Assembly (NCBI GenBank): GCA_000182565.2
Contig: KQ257450.1
Length of the DNA stretch: 31,024 nt
Strand: one strand, 5' to 3'
DNA from: Spizellomyces punctatus DAOM BR117
Lineage: Eukaryota
A program made the position numbers and the translations under genes. The stretch's first letter is position 1. Each line of letters opens with the position of its first letter. The notes beneath the pieces were generated by a model. The model made no database searches. It was not told the DNA's origin and was given only the letters and a program-made list of their open reading frames with translations. This document shows positions 13,949 through 25,088 of the stretch, one piece after another.

Positions 13949-16900
13949 TCATCGAACCTCCCCTTCCTCCTCGCTGTCATCCAGTCGTCCACCGTCCCGA
14001 TGTGAATCATGATATTCAGAACGACTCTGGCGCTTGCGCTCATTACGTTCCTCACCGTCTTCCAAGTCGGAGCCATCATCTCCAGACCGTATGTCACCCC
14101 TCTATAATAATCAATTGAGTCAAAAACGACAATCGCCTGCATCAAGAGTTCAATGCCAACACCAACGGAATCTTGTCCACACCAACCTTTCGCTTGTGTC
14201 GAGACCTTTCTTCCTCAGCTCCGCTCGATAGAGAACGATGTCGCCGATGCCTCTTTCTCTCTCTGTCCCTGTCCCGCTCTTTCTCATGCTTGGACGATCT
14301 CTTCTTTCTTCGATCAGATTCCTCGCGAAGAGACCCTTCTTCATCATCGTCTTCCAGGTCAGACTTGCTGTTATTGGCTCGGCTTTTTCTCTCAGCTTTC
14401 TCCTGGATGAGAGTGTTAGCCTGCAACTATCTCCAAGACATTATCGTATCCTCACACCTTAAGTCGTGCAAGATATTTGTTGAAAACTTCTACACGTTGC
14501 GACTCGTCCAACGTATTATATTCGCTGGTGCTTTTGACGAACGGCTCCACCTTTGAAGAGAGGGTCCGTCAAGGTTTATCTCATGAATGAGAGACGAATT
14601 AGCGTACCTTGTTCCAACTTGAATCTATCGTGATGGATGGATCTAGCTTCTTGAGCACGTATTTGAAAGCATCCATCTTTTTGCGGATTTTTTTCTCTGA
14701 ACGTCGCTTGTCTTCCTTTTCCTGCATCAGAGCCCTATCTATTTGCTGCCAGGACGTGAAACATTAGCATTCTTTTTGTTTTCTGAGCACGGGCACCCTG
14801 GTTACCTCATCAAAAATCAGACGAAGAGTAGTCGCCGAAACAGATCCTAATTGGGCCCCTTCCACGTATGAAGAAAACTCGTGGAAGGATGTGTCCGGAC
14901 GAACAGTGATATCTAGTGCCTAGGAACGTGTCAAGAGCCGCTGCGGGAGTGCAATGCTAGAATACACGTGGAAGAGTACCTTGAGAAGGTCCTCCACAGC
15001 ACGTCTGTGTGGGCGAAATTCATCAATGAGTTCCATTATAACGTCACCAAACAATTCCACTGGAGTTGATCCATGCTGATGAAGTAATGCATTGAATCGC
15101 TCATCATTGCAGATCACTGGATAGACATCTAACCACTTGGTTCTTGCATGCATCAAGCCTTTCTCCCGCATTTCACCAAGCAGCGCACGGAACCGGTCCC
15201 GCTTCAGCCGTTCTTGACGCCGCAACATGCGATGCTCCGCGTCCATTTTTTGCTGAAATTTCGCGACAAGATCGTTCATATGCGCCTCAAAGGTGAGTAG
15301 GAAGTCGGTGGGTTCCATAGACTGCAATTTTCGATCCGCACGATACTCTGGTTGCGCTTTATACAGATCCTGAACCTGCACCCATGTGGTCTCAAGTGTG
15401 ATGGCACTTTCGAGTGTGAGTCGCTGAAGGATCCGCTCAAACTTCGCCACATTTTCTTTTCTCGTCTCGCGAAGGACTTCCTATTGAGACATGTCAAAAA
15501 GGCTACGCTTCGCAGCATCAACGGTTTCTGTACACCAACCTTCTCATTTGCCTTCATATCCTCTATGTACTCTGCAAAGATGGCCTCTCTATCATGCTCA
15601 TCCACAGATTGGAACTCTGTATGATTTGCAAAGATGTCTAGCACTTTCCTGAACTAAAGATCAGATCCTGTGTAAGTCAATCTAGGTAGATCTGCCATTA
15701 CTGACCTGTATCGAGTCCTGGGATTGATATCTGAGCATTCAGCGAATAGTTCACGTAGCATTTGGCGATCTTGTGCGTATTTCATCTTCCTCTTGTGCTA
15801 AAGAAGGTCGACATCTTAACTGAAGCCCATCGACAGCAGAGTATATCCAGCCAAACCTCGTTCTCTTGACGCTTGTCTTCAACATATTTTTCAAACGCTG
15901 ATCGTCGTTCGGCTAGTGTCTTTAGTGCCCGATATATGGGATGACCAATGATAACACGCATAGTTTCGTCCCACGTCCATTCTGGTGTAACTCCCTGAAA
16001 GAAGGTGCAAGGCAAAGTTCAAACATCGAGCATTGGCGATACTGATGCGACAACGTCTTCACCTTGTCTGACAATAGCCGTCTGAAGGCTGCCTCCGCTT
16101 CCTCTTTGGTGTTAAATTCAATGGTCTTTGGCTCGGAAGGCCTTTCGCTGTCACGTCTGGTTACGGGTGTGGTATTGGCACTCGACGCAACCGCCGTTTC
16201 CGGACCCTGACCGTGCGTCGCCGCGTGATGAGCACTATCGTCCAGCAAAGCTAAAATGCGGAAGATCGATCAGACTACGACTAAACATGCTCTAAAAAGA
16301 CATTAACTCGTACGACAACGGTTCTATCATGCTCACCCTTCAGATCCGCGGGCATTTCCCAAGTTGTAATCTTCGACACTGTCAACAGTCATTAGCCAAG
16401 AGCAGTTCGAGATAGGTAAAATGGCAAACGTACAAACCCGTATTATAGTAATATTTTTTACCGTTTTCCGCAGTGTATTCCTTCCATGATGTTTTGGCCA
16501 GTGCTTTCTGATATAATCAAATCGAGGATATGGAGATCAGCATAGAAACTCGGCGCACGAGGTTTGCCGGTCTAACCTCAAGAGGTGTTTTCAGCTCTTC
16601 CGGTTTCTCCCAACTACTCTGCTTTGTGGCAGTATTAAAGTAGTATACTTTGCCATCACTGGTATTATGCGTGGTCCAACTTGTTGAAGGCTACGCACAA
16701 GGAATGCTTTAAATGGATGCAAAGGGACGTAGATGACCTTCAGGGGTTACCTGGCCGGAAGCTCCACCAGCGACAACTCCTGTGGCCATAGTTGAAGGTA
16801 AAGGTAATCCTGTCCACTGACCACCTGGTGGAGGTCCTGGGAGTGCCGGTGGGAGGGCTGCGGACTAGAGAGAGCATGAATGTGTCAGATAGATCAGGGT

Positions 16901-16956
16901 CGACTTCTCCAACACTATGCGAAGATACATACTCCGGCAGGTAAATGCCACGACAT
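13949..16956 (-). CDS. PRP40: U1 snRNP protein Prp40 (2 WW domains, FF repeats, RS/acidic tail)
   Basis: WW1 [33 protein letters not shown]2 [65 protein letters not shown]-terminus DSEEEGEVR*. Confidence 0.93.
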
Positions 16957-17198
16957 GCTGGTGGGATCACAAAGGACAATGGAATGGATACGCTAAATAC
17001 CTCTACTTTTTGGCTGGCTCCCAGAATATAGTCGCTTGTGAAGGAGACTTGTCCCAACATTTCATTTGTCCCAAATTGGTAGCATTGGAGGCACAGCTGG
17101 TTGCTATGTATTCCATCGCGAATGATTCCGATGGAAGGGCAACTCTTTCGCTTTCACCCATCCCAATCCATCTGCCACTCGTTCCTCATATTACCATT

Positions 17199-18462
17199 AT
17201 GCTCGCCTCTCGTATGTTCGCGCGTGGATTTGCTAGCTCCTCTTTCCAGGTAAGTGTTGCCTGTAGGATTGTGGCATTCTAGTTCATCACCAACGGGCGT
17301 CCATTTCTCTACAGCGGGGCGCAAAGGTTGCTGTCCTTGGGGCTGCTGGCGGTATCGGTCAGCCTCTTTCTCTTCTCTTGAAGCTTAACCCCCACGTAGA
17401 CCGTTTGGCCCTGTATGATATTGTTAACACTCCTGGTGTCGCTGCTGATATCTCCCACATCAACACCAACTCTGTTGTAACGGGACATAAGGGACCGGAG
17501 CAGTTGGGAGATGCTCTGAAGGACTCGCAGGTCATTGTCATTCCCGCCGGAGTGCCTCGCAAGCCAGGGATGACCCGTGATGATCTGTTCAACACCAACG
17601 CCGGAATTGTTAAGACTCTTGCTGAGGCCGCTGCTAAATATGCCCCTAAGGCGCACTTGCTCATCATTGCCAACCCTGTCAACTCCACTGTGCCCATTGT
17701 TGCCGAAGTCTTCAAAAAGGCTGGCGTCTTTGATCCTAGCCGTCTCTTTGGAGTGACCACATTGGATGTTGTTCGCGCGTCTACTTTCGTTGGTCAGGTC
17801 AAGAACAGCAACCCCGAGGAGGTTAAGGTCCACGTTATCGGTGGCCACTCTGGTGTCACTATTATGCCTCTGCTTAGCCAGGTGGGTTCTTGGATCATAA
17901 ATTATTTAGCATGCTTTAAGGCGCATCCTAATTTTGATGGTTTTTCAATCAGACTGGCATTAAATTCTCTCAAGACGAGATTGAGAAGTTGACACACCGC
18001 ATCCAGTTCGGGGGTGATGAGGTAGTCAAGGCTAAGGATGGCACTGGTAAGCGGAAATGTGACAAAACCTTTACACACCCTTGTTGCTCACGTATTGAAT
18101 GCAGGGTCCGCCACGCTCTCAATGGCTCAAGCGGGAGCACGATTCACCGACTCTCTCCTCCGTGCCCTTGCCGGTGAGAAGGGCATTGTGGAGCCAACCT
18201 ATGTGAAGAGCCATGTCGCAGAGAAGGATGGTGTCGAATATTTCTCAACAAATGTTGAGCTGGGGGTATGTCTTGAATTGCCCAGTGATTAGTTGACAGC
18301 ACCCGTACTCATCGAGTCGTTTGTCTGTGATAGCCCAACGGAGTCAAAAAGATTCATGACATCGGCCCTGTCTCTGACTACGAGAAGAAGCTCTACGAAG
18401 CTGCCATTCCTGAGCTGAAGAAGAACATCGCGAAGGGTGTGCAATTTGTGAACAAGGCTTAG
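17199..18462 (+). CDS. MDH1: Mitochondrial NAD-dependent malate dehydrogenase
   Basis: Presequence [91 protein letters not shown] at 18460-18462. Confidence 0.97.
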
Positions 18463-18572
18463 ACCTGCTGGTCATTAATTTAGAATCTGAATAAAATTGC
18501 ATCTGTTTTTTCCTTGCTACAAAGGTACATGGAGGGTTACTTATAATTTATCTGTATGCCAGTTATCACCGC

Positions 18573-19625
18573 TTATTCATCATCCTCACTGTGACTATCT
18601 CGTCGTCGTTTCACGGAGGGTAGCCCATCACTGGACGCCTTCCGCTTTTGAGAACTTCCGGTGTCGGTCTTGAGGAGGAACACATACGTTCTACTGCCTT
18701 TACTATGGATCTCCTCATTAGCTGCAGCCGATAGCCCTTCCGTGAAACCAATTGTTCTTCGATGAGTATAACCCTCGTACAGTCGAGCATCGAACTCGAA
18801 CGAACGCGAACAGATTAAAATTCCGGTTCGCTTGGCTTGCTCCTTGACATCCCATAGATCATAAGGATCTCCTTGCTTGAGAGTTACATGTATTTCTCCG
18901 TCAATCGGATCACTGTTCAAGGAACGCGACATGAGCTTCCCACTTGCGCTGGAAAGAAAATTGAAGATCAAGAGCTGATTTGCCCGAATATTGCGGTCTT
19001 TGTCCTTAATGCCCGCTCCTGAGATGGTGTGGGCAGATTAAGATAGTATCCAATATGTGGATTTCATAAACCTACCTGTGTGCGGAAAATTGAAGACTAA
19101 AGTGGTAGTAAAATATTAAAACTGCTGCATGCAAATAGCAATCGGACCAGACACGCACCTATCTTACTGAAGCGCTTTCCCCTGATCGCCTTGCACGAAT
19201 TCAGATCCGTTGCATCCACCTCGAATAGAACGGTTCCACCCAACTCCCGTATTGCCGTTATATGTTCTATCGCATCAGAATACTTTGTAGATAGAATCTG
19301 TTCTGAGTCATATGCAGTGGCCACCAACTCGCATGCCCCATGTAGGCTTTCAGCGATCGCATGAGCAAAGCTAAAGTTTCCTATGTTGGACCTAATGCCG
19401 GTTTGTTCAAGGTACGTGCTCAGTCTACACGAAACTCGACAGCGCACCTTCGCCCACTAGGAGAATAGAATCGTCTTCCAGGTATGGTATAGTACTAGGC
19501 GCTCGCTTCCTTCCTGTCGTTGCTTTTGAAGCGTCTCCTATGGCTTTTGGCTGTAGTGGCTTTTTACTCTTCTGTTGGACTATTTGATGTCGCTGTAAGG
19601 CGGCCCTAAGTTTTTTACTTTTCAT
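18573..19625 (-). CDS. BMT5: 25S rRNA m3U methyltransferase Bmt5 (DUF2431)
   Basis: ILLVGEG|NFSFA, VATAYDS, LFEVDATDL, VFNFPH, GIKDKDRNIRANQLLIFNFL, IHVTLKQGDPYDLW, YEGYTHRRTIG. Confidence 0.9.
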
Positions 19626-19722
19626 TGTGGGAGTCGGCCTGCACAACGAAACCAAAAGATAGGCCAAGCTGAAAGCCTAGAATGTCACAAATGGCACAGT
19701 CATGTAAAGTATGCTATGTTAT

Positions 19723-21892
19723 TTATTCGTGCAGCATTTTGCGTCGACTATCATTGCCCAAGCCTTTAGTCCAAAAACGGAGCACTGGCAGATCAGACTC
19801 CACGGCTCGTATACTACGAAGGAACTCTTGAAGCCGAGTATGGTTTTCAGCTCCTCCAGATTTTACAAATTTGTAGAATAGCTTTGCTTTGCTTCAGATC
19901 CAGGAATCAGTCACTCGGCGAAAATCAGAGGTTCGTTCTTTTCGCGCACTCACTTTAGCCAGCTTTCTCTCAAAAACGTCAAATGAAGCTTTAGGGCATC
20001 CTCAGAAAGATGTAACTTCAATATCTTCCGTAGCTCGCGCACCAACGTACAACGGCCTCCTTCATCATCACCGCCTTCAGGAAATACTATATTGTAAGGC
20101 AAGGTCATATGAGGCCCTTCAATCGGCATCAGTGGATCATGAATATCTAGCGAGCATGCAACCCATCAGTACAGTATCCAATTAATGAATACGAGCGATT
20201 GCATACCTAGAAGAACAATGTGACTAAGGTCAGATTCCAATGGTATTAACGATCCTGGCGCCATCCCAAGCAGATTACAGTGAAAAGGTTCCACGTATTC
20301 CATGCTATACTCCATCATGGAGCAACAAAAAGATGGGATAAATTGCTAAGAAGATTGTCGCGAATGAGCTTCGTATGCATGCAAACTTCAGTTTGAGGAG
20401 AGGGCAAAAGTACCTTAAAGTAACGGAGCAGAGAAGCAACAAGATCTTTGCTTTGGCTCTTTACAATTATTTGGTCTCCCACGACGACGTGGAAAAGTAG
20501 ACGAGTACAATTGTCCACCCCGAACCAAGTTTCCAATTGAGAATATTGGTCTACATATTTGCTGGGTTGCGTGTTCGGGTTCGTACTGCCAGTGAGTGTT
20601 TCATTAGCGTTTGTAGAATTATTATCCGGATCACAAAGATCCTCCGTGAAGGTTCCAGTCTGAGAAGTTTATAAGAACGTAGCTACGGTACGGATGATCG
20701 AAAAGGTTACCATGATTCGACCCTCGGCATGTAATTCGTGTACTCTGCGTGCGAAGGCCTGTAAACTCCAGGAGAATACGCTGTGCAACCTAAAAGAAAG
20801 GTCCTGCAAGGAACCTGATCGTGTTGACATTGTGACTTCCTAACTGAAGCACGATCTACGGACCGGCAAATCGACCAGCTCCGATAGTGACCGGAGCGCC
20901 TGATTACCTCGTCTACGCAGGAAGTGTTCTGATCAAGTTGTCAGTTCCAAGAGCGTAAGATTTTGTCGACAGCTCCACCCCACCTGGAGAGGAAACACCG
21001 AAGGAGTGCTGGCGATGTAAGAAGCCTTCAGTGCCTTCTAAAGCTGCCCTCTCCGCTGCAAAAAGCGCTTCCGCCTTCGTTTGCAATTCTCCCGATAACG
21101 AGCGGAACTTGCTATATGCCATTACGTGTAATTAAAGGTGGGCTTCGCAATACGCCAATACTCGTCACGGCACACTACCTGACGAGGAAAGGCCAAGACG
21201 CCACTAGAAAGTGGCGGTCTTTGCTGATGAAGAGAAACGTATACCATCTCTGAAAGCCACGTGCTTGAGTATCTCGCACTTTGAACATGTAGCTTAGCGC
21301 ACATCCAGTTGTGTCATCCCCGAAGAGGATAGGGCCTTCGCGACCTGGACAAAACTCGCAACTCAAACTTTTTTGCTAAATGTGAGCTTCACGTAGCGTT
21401 TCAAAATTAAGGCACTGTCAACAACCGTTACCTTTGCACGCAGGCCTGGCGGACGCTAGAATACAGCTCAGGATAGTAAGGAAACCTTCCTGTTGGCCGA
21501 AACAGGCCAAGTTGCAGTTCTTATTGGCACGAGCGCGACCATCAATGCGGATTCTTATCGGTCTCACCGGAAACATGCGCGACGTCTTCATCCGCGTCGG
21601 TATCCCACGACACATATCCCTGGTTGGTTCCTGTGAGGATAGCTTGTGTTTCGCCGTTCACAACTTGTATGGGCGGGAAGCCTATCGAGCACCCAGAACA
21701 AACCGTCACCGAAGATTCCGCGTCCACAGGTGATGTTAAAGGAGGTCTTTCATCGATAGCTTGTTTGCCTGCTTCTTGACCTCGGACAGTGTGTGTGCAG
21801 CATACTAAAGCTGGCCCATGCACTTCACAGAACACTGCAAGAGCTACGCAATTAGAAAATTCTACTTTCGAGACATTCTGCGGCAGCATCAT
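19723..21892 (-). CDS. FLCN: Folliculin (FLCN/Bhd1/Lst7 family), full-length longin plus DENN-like C-terminus
   Basis: [85 protein letters not shown], C-terminal VLRFWTKGLG. Confidence 0.9.
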
Positions 21893-22204
21893 GTCCACGC
21901 AGGACACGGCCACCTGCAGAGCACGGAGCCTTTGGTGCCCCCAGATCGTTGTGACAAAAGGTTCAAGATTGCCAAGATAGATCGATGACAGATTGCAAGT
22001 AAGGCTTGTGATCGTGGTTTGCGGCCACGTGTTTGTGAAGCACGTGATTGTAATTCAATCACGCAGCCTGACGTCGGTGTTTCCAATCCTCCACGATCCG
22101 TTCCTCCCCATATCATTCTCATCTTACACGAAACACGGGCAGCATTGACCCACATCCGAACACATTCGACTTACAGCATATATGAAGCTTGTGCCTTAGT
22201 TACA

Positions 22205-23299
22205 ATGTCGTCCCGCAAAAGTGCAACCGTTAAGGCCGCCAAAGCTGCCAAGGTCTCCGACAGTGGAAGCGCAATACCCGATGGTCCAAAGGCAAGACAT
22301 TTCAGTATGATTCGCGAGTTTGTGCTAGCAGACTTGGTCACCCTATGCAACTCAGCGTAAGCCCTCGTTGCATGAAACGTTAATCACATCCGCTTCTGGT
22401 CCTGTTCATAACAAGATTCCTTCTTTTAAAAAGTTCTGGTTCGACGTCCATTTTTGCTTCTCTCAAATACGTTACAACCCAGAATGTTTGGTTCCTGTAC
22501 GCAGCCATCCTACTCTTGCCTGCAGCCCTTCTTTTTGATATATTAGACGGGTATGTGAACATGTGTTAGATTTGGATGTAAGCCCTTCTCGTACTTATCG
22601 TCGGTACAGGCGTGTGGCTCGGTGGTCGCGCTCCTCTTCGCCGATGGGTCGTGAGCTAGACTCTCTCGCCGATGTGATCAGCTTTGGTGTTGCTCCAGCT
22701 GTACTTGGGTAAGAAGTACTAGTGCAAGACGAACGAAACTCTTATCTTATCGGTGCATTCAATAGATTTGCCATCGGCTTACAGGGCCTTTTTGATGTTG
22801 TTGTGCTCCTGTACTTTGTCAACTGCGGTGTCTCTCGTCTAGCGCGCTACAACGTCACTGCGGAGACAAATATGGACCATAGTGGCAAAGTGACGTTTTT
22901 CGAAGGCACACCGATTCCCACCACCGTACGTTTTCTCCATGCACGACCGCGCAAATGTTGGCACTCACTCACCTACGAACAGGTTTTCATTGCCCTCGGC
23001 ATTCTTTACCTCCTCAATACAGGACAGTTTGGAGATGGACAGGTAACTCTTTAGAATGCCTTGTGCATCACCATGAATGATAGTGATATATTTTCAATTG
23101 TGCTTTTAGCTTCCCGGGGGCAAGTTCGTCGTTGGAGGATGGACTTTTCACGTAAGTACATATGCTACTTATGCGCCGTATATTATTCCTAAAATGCATA
23201 ATGCGATGGATATTCCAATATCTACAGCCCTTTGCCTTGGTTTACGCGTTGAGCGGCACTTTACAAATCAGCAAAACTTTGCGAATTCCCAAGCCTTAG
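22205..23299 (+). CDS. CHO1: CDP-diacylglycerol--serine O-phosphatidyltransferase (phosphatidylserine synthase)
   Basis: [21 protein letters not shown]-alcohol motif FDILDG|RVARW...[39 protein letters not shown], ending [10 protein letters not shown]. Confidence 0.94.
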
Positions 23300-23314
23300 T
23301 GCCTGATGATGTCC

Positions 23315-24927
23315 TCACCGTACCTCCAGCAAGTCCCCATCCTCCAGGCCCAGTTCCTCCAATCTCATTGAAGAATCCAATACTTCTCCATCCAACATTA
23401 AACGACGTGTGCCGTGACTGATATTACGCAATTTTTGATAGGCAGCTATCAGCGCTTCCACCGTTGCCCCCTTCTTGGCCTTGATCTTGGTAATCTCTGT
23501 AGCGTCTTGCATTTTTAATAGTATCAATTCGTTACAAGGATTGCCTTCCATCTCCACGTCGCCCACATTTTGGTCCTCGTGAACAGGCTTTTGCTCTGAG
23601 TCTTGAGCTCGCCTTAGTGCTTCGTATTCGTTTCTGATGTACGCTTCTATATTCATTCGTGAGCAGGACGCTGGCATTGGTGGCGTCATGCAAACGCACC
23701 TATTATTGGCTTCCCGTGCATCTTGACGGACGCGGGGGTCCCTCGCGGAAATAGAGGCGTACCTTGGTACACGAATATCATTTCCCGCATGTCACTCACG
23801 TTCCATTTGGTACATGTGACGCGCATCATAACTTCAAATGACTGGGACTGAGTATGCTTTAGGGATTGCTGCACCAATACCAATATTACAGTTTCAACAT
23901 ACCATGAGCAATTTATACGCTAATGGCTTCGGACAACCATCTCGAACTGGCCACGGCTTGTACTTGACTTTTACGGTTATTACTTGATCACCTCCCTCTG
24001 GTGATACACCGGTGTCTAGCGTTTGAAGGACTGGGTCCAGTATAGTAGTCGAAATCTGGGGTTCCTCCGGTAAATACGTAGGTTGAAGCTGTTCGCTAAT
24101 CTTCTCCAACATCTGACTATATTGATATGCCTTCAGTATCGAACCAATGACAATTTATCTGCAGATATGTAGGCCTCGTACCTCATTGTATTTAGGACAT
24201 TGGAATCTTGATGGGGTAATTGAGGTGGCGGAGTAAGAGATGGCTCTCGATCGCTAGCTGTCGTAATTTCGTCGACAGCTGTCTGTTTCTCGCTCACGCA
24301 TATACTGAGCGTCCATTTTAGCATATATGCAAACCTTTTTCAATCTTATTGAACAAGCAGCCCACCTTGACAAGTTACTCTCTACAATGGGCGACGTTAC
24401 ATCCACCTGTATTTGCTTCTTCTGATGTTTTGAAGACATGTCAACTCTGCTGCCTAGGGAACGATTACGTCGTTGGGGAATGCCGCGCCAAAGTGCTTCG
24501 GGATCATCGTCAGTGGGGGTGGGAGAGCGGGATGCTTGGCGGGTCGCTTTGGCTATCCTGAAGCAATTTGGTTGCATGATCAACAGATGGTGCGAAAAAG
24601 TCTCAGAAACTCACTGGCCATTTTTGTTTCTATCGAGCCCAAGGTGGTTTCCCCGTCCATATCAAAGAAACTAGTAAAGTCCTTCTCACTACTGCTCCGT
24701 GATGGCACAGATCGTTTTGGACCGGTTGGGGGTCGTCGAGCTGCGGGCTGCAACCGCTGCTTGGTCTGGCAATGACTCGTGTCATCGTCACTATCGGATA
24801 TTACCGTTTCGGTGAAATTCTCCAGAGGAACGGACGAAGTACACTTTCTTCGTTTGCGGTCGTGCATTCCTTGGGGGAGGCCACTCGAAGAGATCACAGT
24901 TTTTCTGCAAGTTTGTCCCAAGCTCAT
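23315..24927 (-). CDS. Rad60/Esc2/NIP45 (RENi) family protein with two C-terminal SUMO-like domains
   Basis: Disordered N-terminus, REPSLTPPP motif, SLD1 (ITVKVKYK...MIFVYQGTPLFPRGTPASVKM) and SLD2 (ILLKMQD...RLMLDGEVLDSSMRLEELGLEDGDLLEVR*) with no terminal GG. Start codon uncertain. Confidence 0.82.
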
Positions 24928-25088
24928 GTAGATCGGCTTGCTCTAGCGTCCGACATTCGCGTTTTAATGATCTAGTCACATGATTCGCAACTGAGGCTTG
25001 CAACCGAAGCCTTTACTTTGGGGTGATCTCAACCTTCGCGATAAATTTAGATAGACCTGGATGCCACCACCGAGAATATCGGCCGCAC
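24928..25088. promoter_or_regulatory. 161-bp divergent promoter region between the Rad60-like gene and TEL2
   Basis: Head-to-head start codons, with TTCGCGTTTT at 24956-24965 and TTCGCG near 25035. Confidence 0.45.

Noticed and set aside
14142-14556. Several overlapping ORFs with R/S/D-rich repeats
   Set aside because: Alternative frames and antisense of the low-complexity Prp40 tail.
17309-17848. 179-aa minus-strand ORF (and nested 133-aa ORF) opposite MDH
   Set aside because: Antisense shadow of a highly codon-biased gene, with no independent coding signal.
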